Source of the DNA: Alistipes shahii
GTDB taxonomy: Bacteria > Bacillota_I > Bacilli_A > RFN20 > CAG-826
NCBI GenBank assembly: GCA_963598795.1
Contig: CAVBUY010000001.1
Coordinates: 90,534 to 154,533 of the forward strand
Direction: 5' to 3'
DNA length: 64,000 nt
Shown here: positions 29,275-38,339 of the stretch, in pieces
Layout of the letters: every line of letters begins with the position of its first letter
Position numbering within the stretch: position 1 is the stretch's first letter
Program-made: the position numbers and the translations under genes
Notes under the pieces: model-generated
Told to the model about the DNA's origin: nothing
The model's database searches: none
Seen by the model: only the letters and a program-made list of their open reading frames with translations

Positions 29275-29946
29275 ATGAAAATCGACGGAAACGAAATAAA
29301 GGCGGTAATATTCGACTACGATGGGACGTTATTAGATAGCGGCGATTTGTGGCACGAAATAGACATCGCCTTTTTTGCTAAACGCGGAAAACCCTATCCT
29401 CCTACATATCTAGAAGACATAGCCCACACCAATTTAAAAGGCGCGGCTAAAATAACCAGAGAAAAATATGGAATAGAAGGCTCGGACGAAGAACTTATAA
29501 GCGAATGGATGGGAATGGCTAAAGACGCCTATTCCAAAACCTTGCCTTTGAAAGAAGGGGCAATCGAGGTCTTGGAATATTTCCATAAAAAGGGAATAAA
29601 GATGGCTTTGGCCACGGCCGGAGACAAAGAATTGTTTGAGCCTAGTTTAATAAGACTAGACTTAAACAAATATTTCGATATGAAGATAAATGTGGCGGAC
29701 GTTGGCAAAAGCAAGGAATTCCCGGACATATATCTCAAAGCGGCTAAAGAACTCGGAGTTATGCCTTATGAGACAATAGTATTCGAGGATATGCCAACGG
29801 GATTGCAAAGCTCTTTTGAGGCGGGATTTATGACTTATGCCGTAATGGATAAAGCTTCTGAAAAATTAGAAAAGCAAAAGAAGGCATTTGCGATTAGAAC
29901 AGTTAATGACTGGCCGACATTCATAAAAAGTTTGCCGAAAGATTGA
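29275..29946 (+). CDS. HAD-superfamily hydrolase (beta-phosphoglucomutase-like subfamily IA)
   Basis: VIFDYDGTLLDS motif I and C-terminal motifs (…FEDMPTGLQS…). Confidence 0.7.
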   Translation: MKIDGNEIKAVIFDYDGTLLDSGDLWHEIDIAFFAKRGKPYPPTYLEDIAHTNLKGAAKITREKYGIEGSDEELISEWMGMAKDAYSKTLPLKEGAIEVLEYFHKKGIKMALATAGDKELFEPSLIRLDLNKYFDMKINVADVGKSKEFPDIYLKAAKELGVMPYETIVFEDMPTGLQSSFEAGFMTYAVMDKASEKLEKQKKAFAIRTVNDWPTFIKSLPKD

Positions 29947-29952
29947 GTCCGT

Positions 29953-30129
29953 TCATTCATTTATTTTCCATCTGCCCGATTTAGCGTGTCCAATAAATGA
30001 TATTTTGCTTTCTTTTAAAGCACGCTTAATCGTCGAAACAGAAACTTCCAATCTTTTTGCCAATTCTACTTATGAGATAATAAGCCTATCTCTTAAAGCT
30101 AATATCATTTTTTGGTAATCGTATTTCAT
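29953..30129 (-). pseudogene. Decayed HTH remnant homologous to the C-terminus of AlbA_2/HATPase regulators (in-frame TAA at 30070-30072)
   Basis: Minus-strand translation is MKYDYQKMILALRDRLIIS*VELAKRLEVSVSTIKRALKESKISFIGHAKSGRWKINE. It parallels the C-terminus of the 20727..22076 protein (…ELAQKLSISVPMATKYLRILKEDGRIERIGSNKNGRWEIKK). Confidence 0.5.
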
Positions 30130-30485
30130 AACAACCCCCCTTGTTCTAATGCCAATATTTAACTTTTCGATTTCTTAGCATGGCTGCGTTAGTCACCAAC
30201 ACTTTTGTAAATACTCTTATCGTTTATTTATTAATCTTATTCAATATAATGACACTTTATAGACAATCGGCCTATATCACATAAGTTTTTCGTAAATTCC
30301 AAAACTTAAGTCAGTTTATTAACCGTAACCGGAAATAAGTTTCGTAATATAAACGCTCTCGTTTCCCAGTAACAAAACGGATCTCCATCATTTCATGGGG
30401 CAAAAACATAAACACAAGTCATCAAGAATAAAACGGCTTGACCATATCCCTTGGTTATAAAAAAGGATGCGCAACCGCATCCTAT

Positions 30486-30561
30486 TCGTTTATTTTGGTG
30501 GAGCATGGCGGGATCGAACCGCTGACCTCCTCGTTGCGAACGAGGCGCTCTCCCAGCTGAG
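30486..30561 (-). tRNA. tRNA-Ala (anticodon CGC), CCA encoded
   Basis: Minus strand reads GGGGCATTAGCTCAGCTGGGAGAGCGCCTCGTTCGCAACGAGGAGGTCAGCGGTTCGATCCCGCCATGCTCCACCA. It has a G3:U70 identity pair, a canonical D-loop, an anticodon loop TTCGCAA and a T-loop TTCGATC. Confidence 0.9.
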
Positions 30562-30864
30562 CTAATGCCCCACGGCTTGGCTATTATATGAACAAAAGCC
30601 CTCATATTCAAGGCAAACCAAATAAGCGTAGGAGAACTTGGATTTGAGGATATTTGGATATTTAAAATACTCTACAGTGACCAAACATATCATTCTTAAG
30701 TTAGGCTTCGTCGGCTAATTGTTTAACCTTTTCTTTTTTGTTAGAAAATAAAAATCCAAAAATCGGCTCATTAATAATTTATTTTGGCGAATATGGCTAA
30801 GCTTTTCATTGCAAGACTGGTCATCAATCTTAACTTAGGGAAAAATCTTATCCGCGAAAGAGTT

Positions 30865-32097
30865 ATGGAAAAGGTAATCGGGATAATAGATCTTAAAAGC
30901 TTTTATGCCTCATGCGAGTGCGCATGTAGGCATTTAGATCCTTTTAAAACGCCTCTGGTTTGCTGCGATCCATATAGAACCGACTCTTCGGTCGTAATGT
31001 CCGTTACGCCTTATTTAAAGGAGAAATACGGCATTCCCAACGTTTGCAGGAAGAAAGACCTGCCAAAAATAGACGGTATGATATTCGCCGAACCGAGAAT
31101 GTCATATTACCTAAGAATCAGCGCCAAGGTAGTTTCTATATTCTTGGATTACGTTTCTTATGAAGACCTACATGTATATTCTATCGACGAATCTTTTTTG
31201 AATCTCGGGCCTTATATGAAGATGTATGGAAAGAAACCAGAAGAAATCATTTCAGACATACAAAAAAGAATAAAGAAAGAGCTGGGACTTATAGCCACGG
31301 CGGGGATTGGGCCCAACATGTTTTTGGCCAAAGCCGCATTGGATAACGAAGGAAAAAAGAAACCTCCTTATATATCTCATTGGGACTATAAGGATGTGAA
31401 AACCAAATTATGGAATATAAGACCCCTTACCAAGATTTGGGGGATATCCAATGGCATTTCGACTCATTTATCTAAGATCGGCATCCACACCTTAAAAGAA
31501 TTGGCTTTGTCTCCCATAAGCCTATTAGAAAAAGAGTTCGGAATAATGGGTCACCAATTACATGATATGGCTAACGGCTTGGATGGTTCCGATATCGAGG
31601 AGAAATACGTTCCATTAAATGAAAGCCTTACGCTCGGCCAAACATTGAAAAGGGATTATAGATACGAAGAATGCCATCTCCTTTTAAAGGAAATGACGGA
31701 CGAATTATGTAAGAGGTTAAGAAAGAACAATAAGCAAACCGGGAGGATATCCTTATCCTTGATGGGATTGGATATCGGTATGTTTACCAAACAACGATCA
31801 TTATCAATAACTAGCGATTCTCCCTCCTACCTTTTCAAAGAAATAGACGAATTGTTCTTAGAGTTCCCAAAGTCAAAAAGGATAAGACATATATCAATCG
31901 CTTATTCTTCTTTAAATGAAGCGGAATACGACCAAATAAGCCTTTTTATGGATAATCCTTCTGAGAAGGATTTATATTCGACTATCGATTACATAAACGA
32001 GACATACGGAGAAAACGCCGTGCTTAGATGTTCGTCTTTATTGAGCAATTCGACGATAAGAGAAAAACATATGCAGATAGGAGGGCATAAACGATGA
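30865..32097 (+). CDS. Y-family DNA polymerase (DinB/UvrX/YqjW-like translesion polymerase)
   Basis: MEKVIGIIDLKSFYASCEC… is the Y-family catalytic N-terminus, with an ImpB/UmuC-type palm and little-finger. ORF-track start trimmed to the ATG at 30865. Confidence 0.8.
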   Translation: MEKVIGIIDLKSFYASCECACRHLDPFKTPLVCCDPYRTDSSVVMSVTPYLKEKYGIPNVCRKKDLPKIDGMIFAEPRMSYYLRISAKVVSIFLDYVSYEDLHVYSIDESFLNLGPYMKMYGKKPEEIISDIQKRIKKELGLIATAGIGPNMFLAKAALDNEGKKKPPYISHWDYKDVKTKLWNIRPLTKIWGISNGISTHLSKIGIHTLKELALSPISLLEKEFGIMGHQLHDMANGLDGSDIEEKYVPLNESLTLGQTLKRDYRYEECHLLLKEMTDELCKRLRKNNKQTGRISLSLMGLDIGMFTKQRSLSITSDSPSYLFKEIDELFLEFPKSKRIRHISIAYSSLNEAEYDQISLFMDNPSEKDLYSTIDYINETYGENAVLRCSSLLSNSTIREKHMQIGGHKR

Positions 32098-32396
32098 AGG
32101 AAAGAGGAATGAAGAAGTGGATGGCTTATAAGTCTTTGACTAGCCAAGGAGATTACTTAAACAAAATGAGAAATGAGAAAAGCCTTGAGGAAAGGCCTTT
32201 GATATCCGAATCCAAAGCCGAGGAAATAAATAACATATTGTCTAATTATCAAGGAGAAACGGTCGTAATGTCCGCTTATCTTGGCGGTCACGTTAAAGTC
32301 ATAGAAGGCCAAATAGAGAAAATAGACCCGATTTATAAAACGTTAGAAATAAAAAACATGAAGATCTCATTTAAAAATATCGTGGAAATAAAATAG
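32094..32396 (+). CDS. YolD-like protein (accessory partner of Y-family polymerases)
   Basis: 100 aa, RGMKKWMAYKSL…IDPIYKTLEIKNMKISF, similar to B. subtilis YolD/YqjX. Start overlaps the polymerase stop (ATGA). Confidence 0.7.
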   Translation: MKERGMKKWMAYKSLTSQGDYLNKMRNEKSLEERPLISESKAEEINNILSNYQGETVVMSAYLGGHVKVIEGQIEKIDPIYKTLEIKNMKISFKNIVEIK

Positions 32397-32434
32397 CCAC
32401 CCAAACGGATGGCTAAAGTTTAAAACAAACAATA

Positions 32435-32821
32435 TCAGTAAGTGGCGAAAATCCAGAAAAACGAAATCGCCCCAAAATACACCAACGTAAGAATCATTAT
32501 CAAGGCGTATATAGATGCGCTGATGATGCTGGTGACGAATCCAGCCATAGAATAACCGTTTTTCACTTTCTTCCTAGCCAAACAAGAAAATACCAAGCCA
32601 AGGACGGAACAAATTATGCCTAACATAGGACAGGCGAACAAAACCAGAGAGACTATTCCCAATACCATGCCGGCAATGGCGAAATTATTTTCTTTGGTTT
32701 TGGCAGGTTTTTGTTCAACTATGCCAGATATGACTTCGACGTTATCCAATTTGCATCCGCATTTGGTGCAAATTACAGCTTCGTCGCAATGCTCGGCTCC
32801 GCAATGAGTACAATATTTCAT
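32435..32821 (-). CDS. Zinc-ribbon + DUF4190-like small membrane protein (paralog 3)
   Basis: MKYCTHCGAEHCDEAVICTKCGC followed by TM helices. Start set at ATG 32819-32821 (GGAGGG SD); the longer track ORF would run into folD. Confidence 0.6.
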   Translation of the reverse strand: MKYCTHCGAEHCDEAVICTKCGCKLDNVEVISGIVEQKPAKTKENNFAIAGMVLGIVSLVLFACPMLGIICSVLGLVFSCLARKKVKNGYSMAGFVTSIISASIYALIMILTLVYFGAISFFWIFATY

Positions 32822-32841
32822 AGTAATGCCCTCCAACAATA

Positions 32842-33630
32842 TTATTTTACTGCCAATAGCAGATTTTCCAATAAGGCCAATCTGGTCAACAATCCCACTC
32901 CGCCAGGAACCGGCGTTTGCAGTCTGACTTTTAGATTTGGCTCGCAATCTCCATGCAACTTCCCGTTTTCGTCTCTATTTATCCCAACGTCCACGACATA
33001 GGCGTTCGGATTCAATTCATATGAACTATTTAAGATGTTCATTTTACCGACGGCCACGACTATCAATTCCGCGTCTTTGAGCCATTTGATTCTGTCTTCT
33101 TCCATGGTTTTGCTATGGATCACGTTAACCAAACAACCCTTGTTTCTCAAAAGCTCGGCCATCGGCGCTCCTACTATATGGCTCCTTCCCATGACCACCG
33201 CCTTCTTGTTTTTAAATTCAAAGCCTTCGTTGATCAGATAATCCATTATCCCTTTCGGAGTGCAGCAAATGAATTTGCTGTTTGGGACAAAGCCATCCAC
33301 GTCCTTATTCGGATTTAGTATCGCATTTACCCTTTCCGAGGATAAATGCTTGGGAATGGGAAGCTGAACCAATATCCCATTTATATTTGGATCGTCGTTT
33401 TTTTCAAAGATCACATCATCCAATTCCTTTTGGGTTATATCTTCTGGCAAGGATATATGGACCACATCGAATCCGACTTCGGCGGAATCCTTCATCTTTC
33501 CTTTGATATAAGCTTGGCTGGCTGAGTTTTCCCCAACGGAGATTATGCATAGCCTAGGGGCCTTATCCATTATGGATATAGCCTCTTTTAGCTCGTTTTT
33601 TCTTTTTTGTACGTATTCTTTGATTTCCAT
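32842..33630 (-). CDS. folD: Bifunctional methylenetetrahydrofolate dehydrogenase / methenyl-THF cyclohydrolase
   Basis: …SVGENSASQAYIKGK…GILVQLPIP…VVMGRSHIVGAPMAELL…PGGVGLLT. Start at ATG 33628-33630. Confidence 0.85.
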   Translation of the reverse strand: MEIKEYVQKRKNELKEAISIMDKAPRLCIISVGENSASQAYIKGKMKDSAEVGFDVVHISLPEDITQKELDDVIFEKNDDPNINGILVQLPIPKHLSSERVNAILNPNKDVDGFVPNSKFICCTPKGIMDYLINEGFEFKNKKAVVMGRSHIVGAPMAELLRNKGCLVNVIHSKTMEEDRIKWLKDAELIVVAVGKMNILNSSYELNPNAYVVDVGINRDENGKLHGDCEPNLKVRLQTPVPGGVGLLTRLALLENLLLAVK

Positions 33631-33712
33631 CGAAATGAAACTAGCACAAATAGATAGCCAATTCATCAATTAGTTATAAAAAACCACCCATAGGGTGGCT
33701 TTATCTATTTTA

Positions 33713-34015
33713 TTAGAGGTTAAGCAAGGCGAGGGCGGCCGCTGCCGATTCGGAACCGCTAGAGGAATCCGAACTTCCGCCGCCATCTCCGATGACCACG
33801 ATTAGCAACGCCATGAACAAGAAGACGATGGCGAATCCGAAGGTTAGCCAACTTACGACTTTTTCGCTTCCGCGTTCCTTGGTTTTGGCGAATACGTTAA
33901 GACCGCCGCCGGTAATGGCACCCGAAGCGCCTTCCGACTTACCACCCTGAAGCAAACTCAAAATAATGAGGATGAGCGAGATGATTATGAAGACGATGTC
34001 GTACCACTTAAGCAT
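33713..34015 (-). CDS. secG: Preprotein translocase subunit SecG
   Basis: MLKWYDIVFIIISLILIILSLLQGGKSEGASGAITGGG…, about 100 aa with two TM helices and a Gly/Ser-rich tail. Start at ATG 34013-34015. Confidence 0.75.
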   Translation of the reverse strand: MLKWYDIVFIIISLILIILSLLQGGKSEGASGAITGGGLNVFAKTKERGSEKVVSWLTFGFAIVFLFMALLIVVIGDGGGSSDSSSGSESAAAALALLNL

Positions 34016-34143
34016 TGTTTTTTCCCTGCACTTTATAAAGTGCCTTATTACTATATTCAATTCCCTTTGTCTAGGCAAGTTTACATTTTGGCCAATTTTA
34101 TTTAGATAAAGCTTTTATGTGCCGAAATTATATATTCATACTC

Positions 34144-34164
34144 GAAAAAAAGCTCAGTACTGAG
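34144..34164 (-). terminator. Rho-independent terminator downstream of uvrB
   Basis: Perfect palindrome CTCAGTACTGAG (34153-34164) followed on the minus strand by a CTTTTTTTC U-run (complement of 34144-34152). Confidence 0.55.
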
Positions 34165-34267
34165 GAAAATTTCGAATTTGATTATCGTTAGGATGAATAT
34201 CGCTATTTTTGTAGCTAATAACGTTCAATATATTCGACTTATTGCGCAATTACCCGAAAGCGAACCG

Positions 34268-36244
34268 TCATAATGTCGCTTTCAATTCCAATATCGTATC
34301 CCTTAATTCGGCGGCCCTTTCGAAATCGTATTCTTTGGCAGCCTGTTTCATTTGCCGCGTAAGATCAGATATTTTCCTTTCGATCTCGGTTCTGGACATT
34401 TTCGAGAAAGATTCCTTGTCGTTTTCTTCCTCAAAATTGGATATCGGCGGTCTTATTTCCTTAATGATTGTCATTGGGACTATGCCATATTTTTCGTTAT
34501 AGGCTTCTTGGATTTCCCTTCTTCTCTTTGTTTCCGATATGGCTTCTTTCATGGCCATGGAGACTTCGTCGGCATACATTATTACCTTGCCGTTGGCGTT
34601 TCTGGCCGCGCGCCCGATGGTTTGGATAAGGGAGGTTCTGCTACGCAAAAAGCCTTCTTTGTCCGCGTCTAAGATGCATATTAAAGAAACTTCCGGTATG
34701 TCCAAGCCTTCTCTTAAAAGGTTAATGCCAACCAATACGTCATATTTGCCTTTTCTCAGTTCGTAAATTATTTCCGTTCTTTCCAAAGTCTTGGTGTCTT
34801 TATGAAGATAGGTGACCTTTATTCCCTCGTTTTTTAGATAGGAAGTCAAATCTTCCGCCATCTTGATGGTTAAAGTGACGATCATCACCCTCTCGTTTCT
34901 TTCTTGGCGTTTATGTATCTCATCCAAAATATCGTCTATTTGACCGAAAGTGGGTCTCACTTCTATCTCTGGATCCAATAAACCAGTCGGGCGGATTATC
35001 TGCTCCGCCACGTCATGGCCGCATTTGTCCAGTTCATATTCACCGGGCGTTGCGGAAGTGCAAACGATTTGATTGGGCATTATCGATTCGAATTCCGAAA
35101 AATTCAAAGGCCTGTTGTCTAATGCTGAAGGAAGGCGGAAACCATATTCCACCAAAGTTTGCTTTCTGGATCTATCGCCCAAATACATCCCGCGGATTTG
35201 AGGGATGGTCACGTGCGATTCGTCGATAAGGAGCAAGAAATCCGAAGGGAAATAATCGATTAAGCACCAAGGTCTCTGGCCTGGCTTTCTCTTATCGATG
35301 TGCCTTGAATAGTTTTCTATTCCTGGACAACGACCGAATTCCAATAGGGATTCCACGTCGTTGTTGGTTCTCATTTCCAAACGTTCGGCTTCAAGAAGCT
35401 TTCCTTCTTTCCTTAGTTCTTCCAGCCTATCTTTCAATTCTTCTTTGATGGTGATACAAGCTTCTTCCAATCTCTTCCTCGTCGAAGCGTGGTCGTAAGC
35501 CGGATAAATTGGGAAGGTTTTAAATGTTTCCTGGATTTCGTTGGTCAAAGAATTGCATTTGGAAATCTTTTCCACCTCATCGCCAAAGCACTCTATGCGG
35601 ATGAAATATTCGCTGGAAGACATCGAGGCGATGTCTATTACGTCTCCCCTCACCCTGAAAGTGCCAGGAGTCAAATCGTAATTGTCCCTGTGGTATTGGG
35701 ACTCCACCAATTTGGCAAACAAGGCTTTCCTATCTATCGTTTCGCCTTGTCTTATTTCAAATACCAACCCGGAATATTCCTCTGGGTCGCTTAAGCCATA
35801 TATAGAGGCAACGGAGGCTACTACAATCGTGTCTTTCCTTTCGATCAAAGAATTGACGGCGGAAGTCCTAAGCATCTCTATTTCATCGTTCATCACCGCG
35901 TTTTTTTCTATATATGTGTCGGTTTTGGGAACGTAGGCCTCAGGTTGATAAAAATCGAAGTTGGAAACGAAATATTCGACTCTGTTATTAGGAAAAAACG
36001 ACTTAAGTTCGCCATATAGTTGGCTAGCCAAAGTCTTGTTATGCACCAACACCAAAGTTGGTTTATTGACGGCTTTTATGATATTGGCGTCCGTAAAGGT
36101 CTTCCCCGTTCCGGTCGCCCCCAAAATAACCTGCATCTTTTTCCCACATAAAAAGCCATCCAATATCTTTTCGATGGCCTTCGGCTGATCGCCGGTAGGG
36201 ACGAAATCAGACACAAGTTCGAACGGATGGGAGTCGTCGTACAT
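34268..36244 (-). CDS. uvrB: Excinuclease ABC subunit B
   Basis: GATGTGKT Walker A, helicase motifs, and the C-terminal UVR domain (…[14 protein letters not shown]). Confidence 0.95.
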   Translation of the reverse strand: MYDDSHPFELVSDFVPTGDQPKAIEKILDGFLCGKKMQVILGATGTGKTFTDANIIKAVNKPTLVLVHNKTLASQLYGELKSFFPNNRVEYFVSNFDFYQPEAYVPKTDTYIEKNAVMNDEIEMLRTSAVNSLIERKDTIVVASVASIYGLSDPEEYSGLVFEIRQGETIDRKALFAKLVESQYHRDNYDLTPGTFRVRGDVIDIASMSSSEYFIRIECFGDEVEKISKCNSLTNEIQETFKTFPIYPAYDHASTRKRLEEACITIKEELKDRLEELRKEGKLLEAERLEMRTNNDVESLLEFGRCPGIENYSRHIDKRKPGQRPWCLIDYFPSDFLLLIDESHVTIPQIRGMYLGDRSRKQTLVEYGFRLPSALDNRPLNFSEFESIMPNQIVCTSATPGEYELDKCGHDVAEQIIRPTGLLDPEIEVRPTFGQIDDILDEIHKRQERNERVMIVTLTIKMAEDLTSYLKNEGIKVTYLHKDTKTLERTEIIYELRKGKYDVLVGINLLREGLDIPEVSLICILDADKEGFLRSRTSLIQTIGRAARNANGKVIMYADEVSMAMKEAISETKRRREIQEAYNEKYGIVPMTIIKEIRPPISNFEEENDKESFSKMSRTEIERKISDLTRQMKQAAKEYDFERAAELRDTILELKATL

Positions 36245-37239
36245 TATTTTTTCTCTTTCTTTTCTTTCTTCTTAAGGGAATTCACGGCCGGTTTGGCGGT
36301 CAATGGATCAAAGCCATAACCATGGGTTGATTTGGCTTGGGAAATAACGATGAAGGCGCTTGGGTCTATCTCATATATCGCCGCTTTGAATTTGGATTCC
36401 TCTTTTTTATAGATAACGACCCTTAGCATTTCCTTTTCTTGTCCGGAATATCCGCCTTGGGCATGGATTATGGTTGATGCGTGACCGTCATTTTCCATTC
36501 GGGTATGAACGTATTCTTGGATTTCTTTGTATTTGTCGGAAATGATATCCACCACCAAATAGGCGCTTAGCCCGCTATAAACGGCTTGTAAGGCCAAAGC
36601 CGATATAAAGGCCGTCAATACGGCAATCAAGCCAAGCATAAAGTTCCTAAATACGATGATGCCGATAATTATTAGGGCCGAATCGATGATAAATACCGAA
36701 GTCCCTTCTTTTACGCTAGTGAATTTGGCTAATATCCTACCCGGTATGTCCGTCCCGCCGGTCGAACCTCCGCCCAAATAAGAAATGCCAACACCCGCCC
36801 CTTGCAAGGCGCCGCCGGCTATGGCCATCAAAGTCAAAGTGCCGGCTGCTTCGGTAACGTCCGCGTTTTTAGCCAATTCGTAAGCCGGGGCAAGACCTAA
36901 AGCCTCGCCGACTTTCAATTCGTTGAACAAAGCGTAAAAGCCAATGAACAAAACCGAGGCCACGGCCGTTCTAAAGCCAAAGGATTTGCCCAATATCAAC
37001 CAGCCGATTATAAGGGTCAGCACTTGGAATATGGCAGAAACCATCGAGTTTGTATCAAATCCAAGCAAAGGTTCCAAATAATGGTTCAAGATGATGCCGA
37101 TGGAGGTTATTCCTCCGGCAACGATGTTGCAGGGAGTCAAGAATACCGCCCCGCCAAATGCGGCGGCCAAACAGCCTATGACGATATAAGCGTAGGCTTG
37201 GATATATCTCCAAACTCGTTTATTTATCTTTTTTGCCAT
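36244..37239 (-). CDS. YitT-family membrane protein (DUF161 + C-terminal DUF2179)
   Basis: 331 aa with polytopic N-terminal repeats and a C-terminal soluble domain (…[26 protein letters not shown]…). Confidence 0.65.
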   Translation of the reverse strand: MAKKINKRVWRYIQAYAYIVIGCLAAAFGGAVFLTPCNIVAGGITSIGIILNHYLEPLLGFDTNSMVSAIFQVLTLIIGWLILGKSFGFRTAVASVLFIGFYALFNELKVGEALGLAPAYELAKNADVTEAAGTLTLMAIAGGALQGAGVGISYLGGGSTGGTDIPGRILAKFTSVKEGTSVFIIDSALIIIGIIVFRNFMLGLIAVLTAFISALALQAVYSGLSAYLVVDIISDKYKEIQEYVHTRMENDGHASTIIHAQGGYSGQEKEMLRVVIYKKEESKFKAAIYEIDPSAFIVISQAKSTHGYGFDPLTAKPAVNSLKKKEKKEKK

Positions 37240-38339
37240 GGTTTCTGCTCTCCATTTCCAAATAAGCGTAAAGGAATCTTATTATGTTTCCGTCCATGAC
37301 GTCATTGACTTGGGAGGTCTCTTCTCCGGTTCTATGGTCTTTGACCATGGTATATGGGCAAAATACGTATGATCTTATCTGAGAGCCCCATTCGATGGCT
37401 TTTTGTTCTCCGACTATGCCTTTCATTTGGGCTTCTCTTTCTTCCAATTTCTTTTGCATGAGTTTGTTCTTTAACATTTCCATGCAGGTGGCTTTGTTCA
37501 TCAATTGCGAACGTTCTATTTCGCATTGAACGACTATGCCCGTCGGAAGATGGGTTATACGAACGGCAGAGGAAACCTTGTTGACGTTTTGCCCGCCGGC
37601 CCCGCCGCTTCTAAACGTGTCGACTCTCAAATCTTTCGGGTCGATCACCACTTCTGAAACGTCCGCGAATTCCGGAACGACGTTGATGGAAGCAAAGGAC
37701 GTATGCCTTCTTGCCCCGGCGTCAAATGGAGATATGCGGACCAAGCGATGAACGCCTTTTTCGCCCTTTAAAAGCCCATAAGCGTGTTCGCCGGATATGC
37801 TCAAAGTCACGGATTTGATGCCGGCTTCGTCTCCGGCTTCATAATCCATAACCTTCAATTTCAAATCGTTCCTTTCGCAAAAACGGACATACATTCGATA
37901 AAGCATATCGGCCCAGTCTTGGGCTTCGGTCCCGCCTGCTCCGGGGTGGATTTCTACCGTGCAACTGAGATTATCATATTCTCCGGAAAACAAAAGCAAG
38001 TTTCTCAAAGCCGAAACTTTATCTTCCAAATCGCTTAGCAAAGACGGAATCAAATTTTTGATTTCCTCGTCTTCTGAAGCCAATTGGAAAACTTCCGAAA
38101 CATCGGAATAGTCCTTCTTTATTTGGGCATAGCTATCGACGCGTTTCTTTAAGTCGGCCAATTTGTTGACGATCACTAACGCGGCTTTTTGGTCGTTCCA
38201 AAAACCCTCGACGTTTTGCTCGTTTTCCAACTCGACTATCTCTTTGTTTAAATGATCCAGGTCAAAGAGAGTCACCGAGCTGCGTGACGAGAGAACCCAA
38301 ATCTTCGATTCTCTGGCGTAATTCGACTAGCTCTTCCAT
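37220..38339 (-). CDS. prfB: Peptide chain release factor 2, with programmed +1 frameshift (join 38339..38265, 38263..37220)
   Basis: Frame-0 leader MEELVELRQRIEDLGSLVTQLGDSL ends at CTT TGA C (38261-38267). The +1 frame continues DLDHLNKEIVELENEQ… with the SPF tripeptide and GGQ motif. Confidence 0.9.

Noticed and set aside
30562-30864. SOS (LexA/Cheo) box upstream of the Y-family polymerase
   Set aside because: No GAAC-N4-GTTC or CGAACRNRYGTTYC match was found in the 300 bp upstream.
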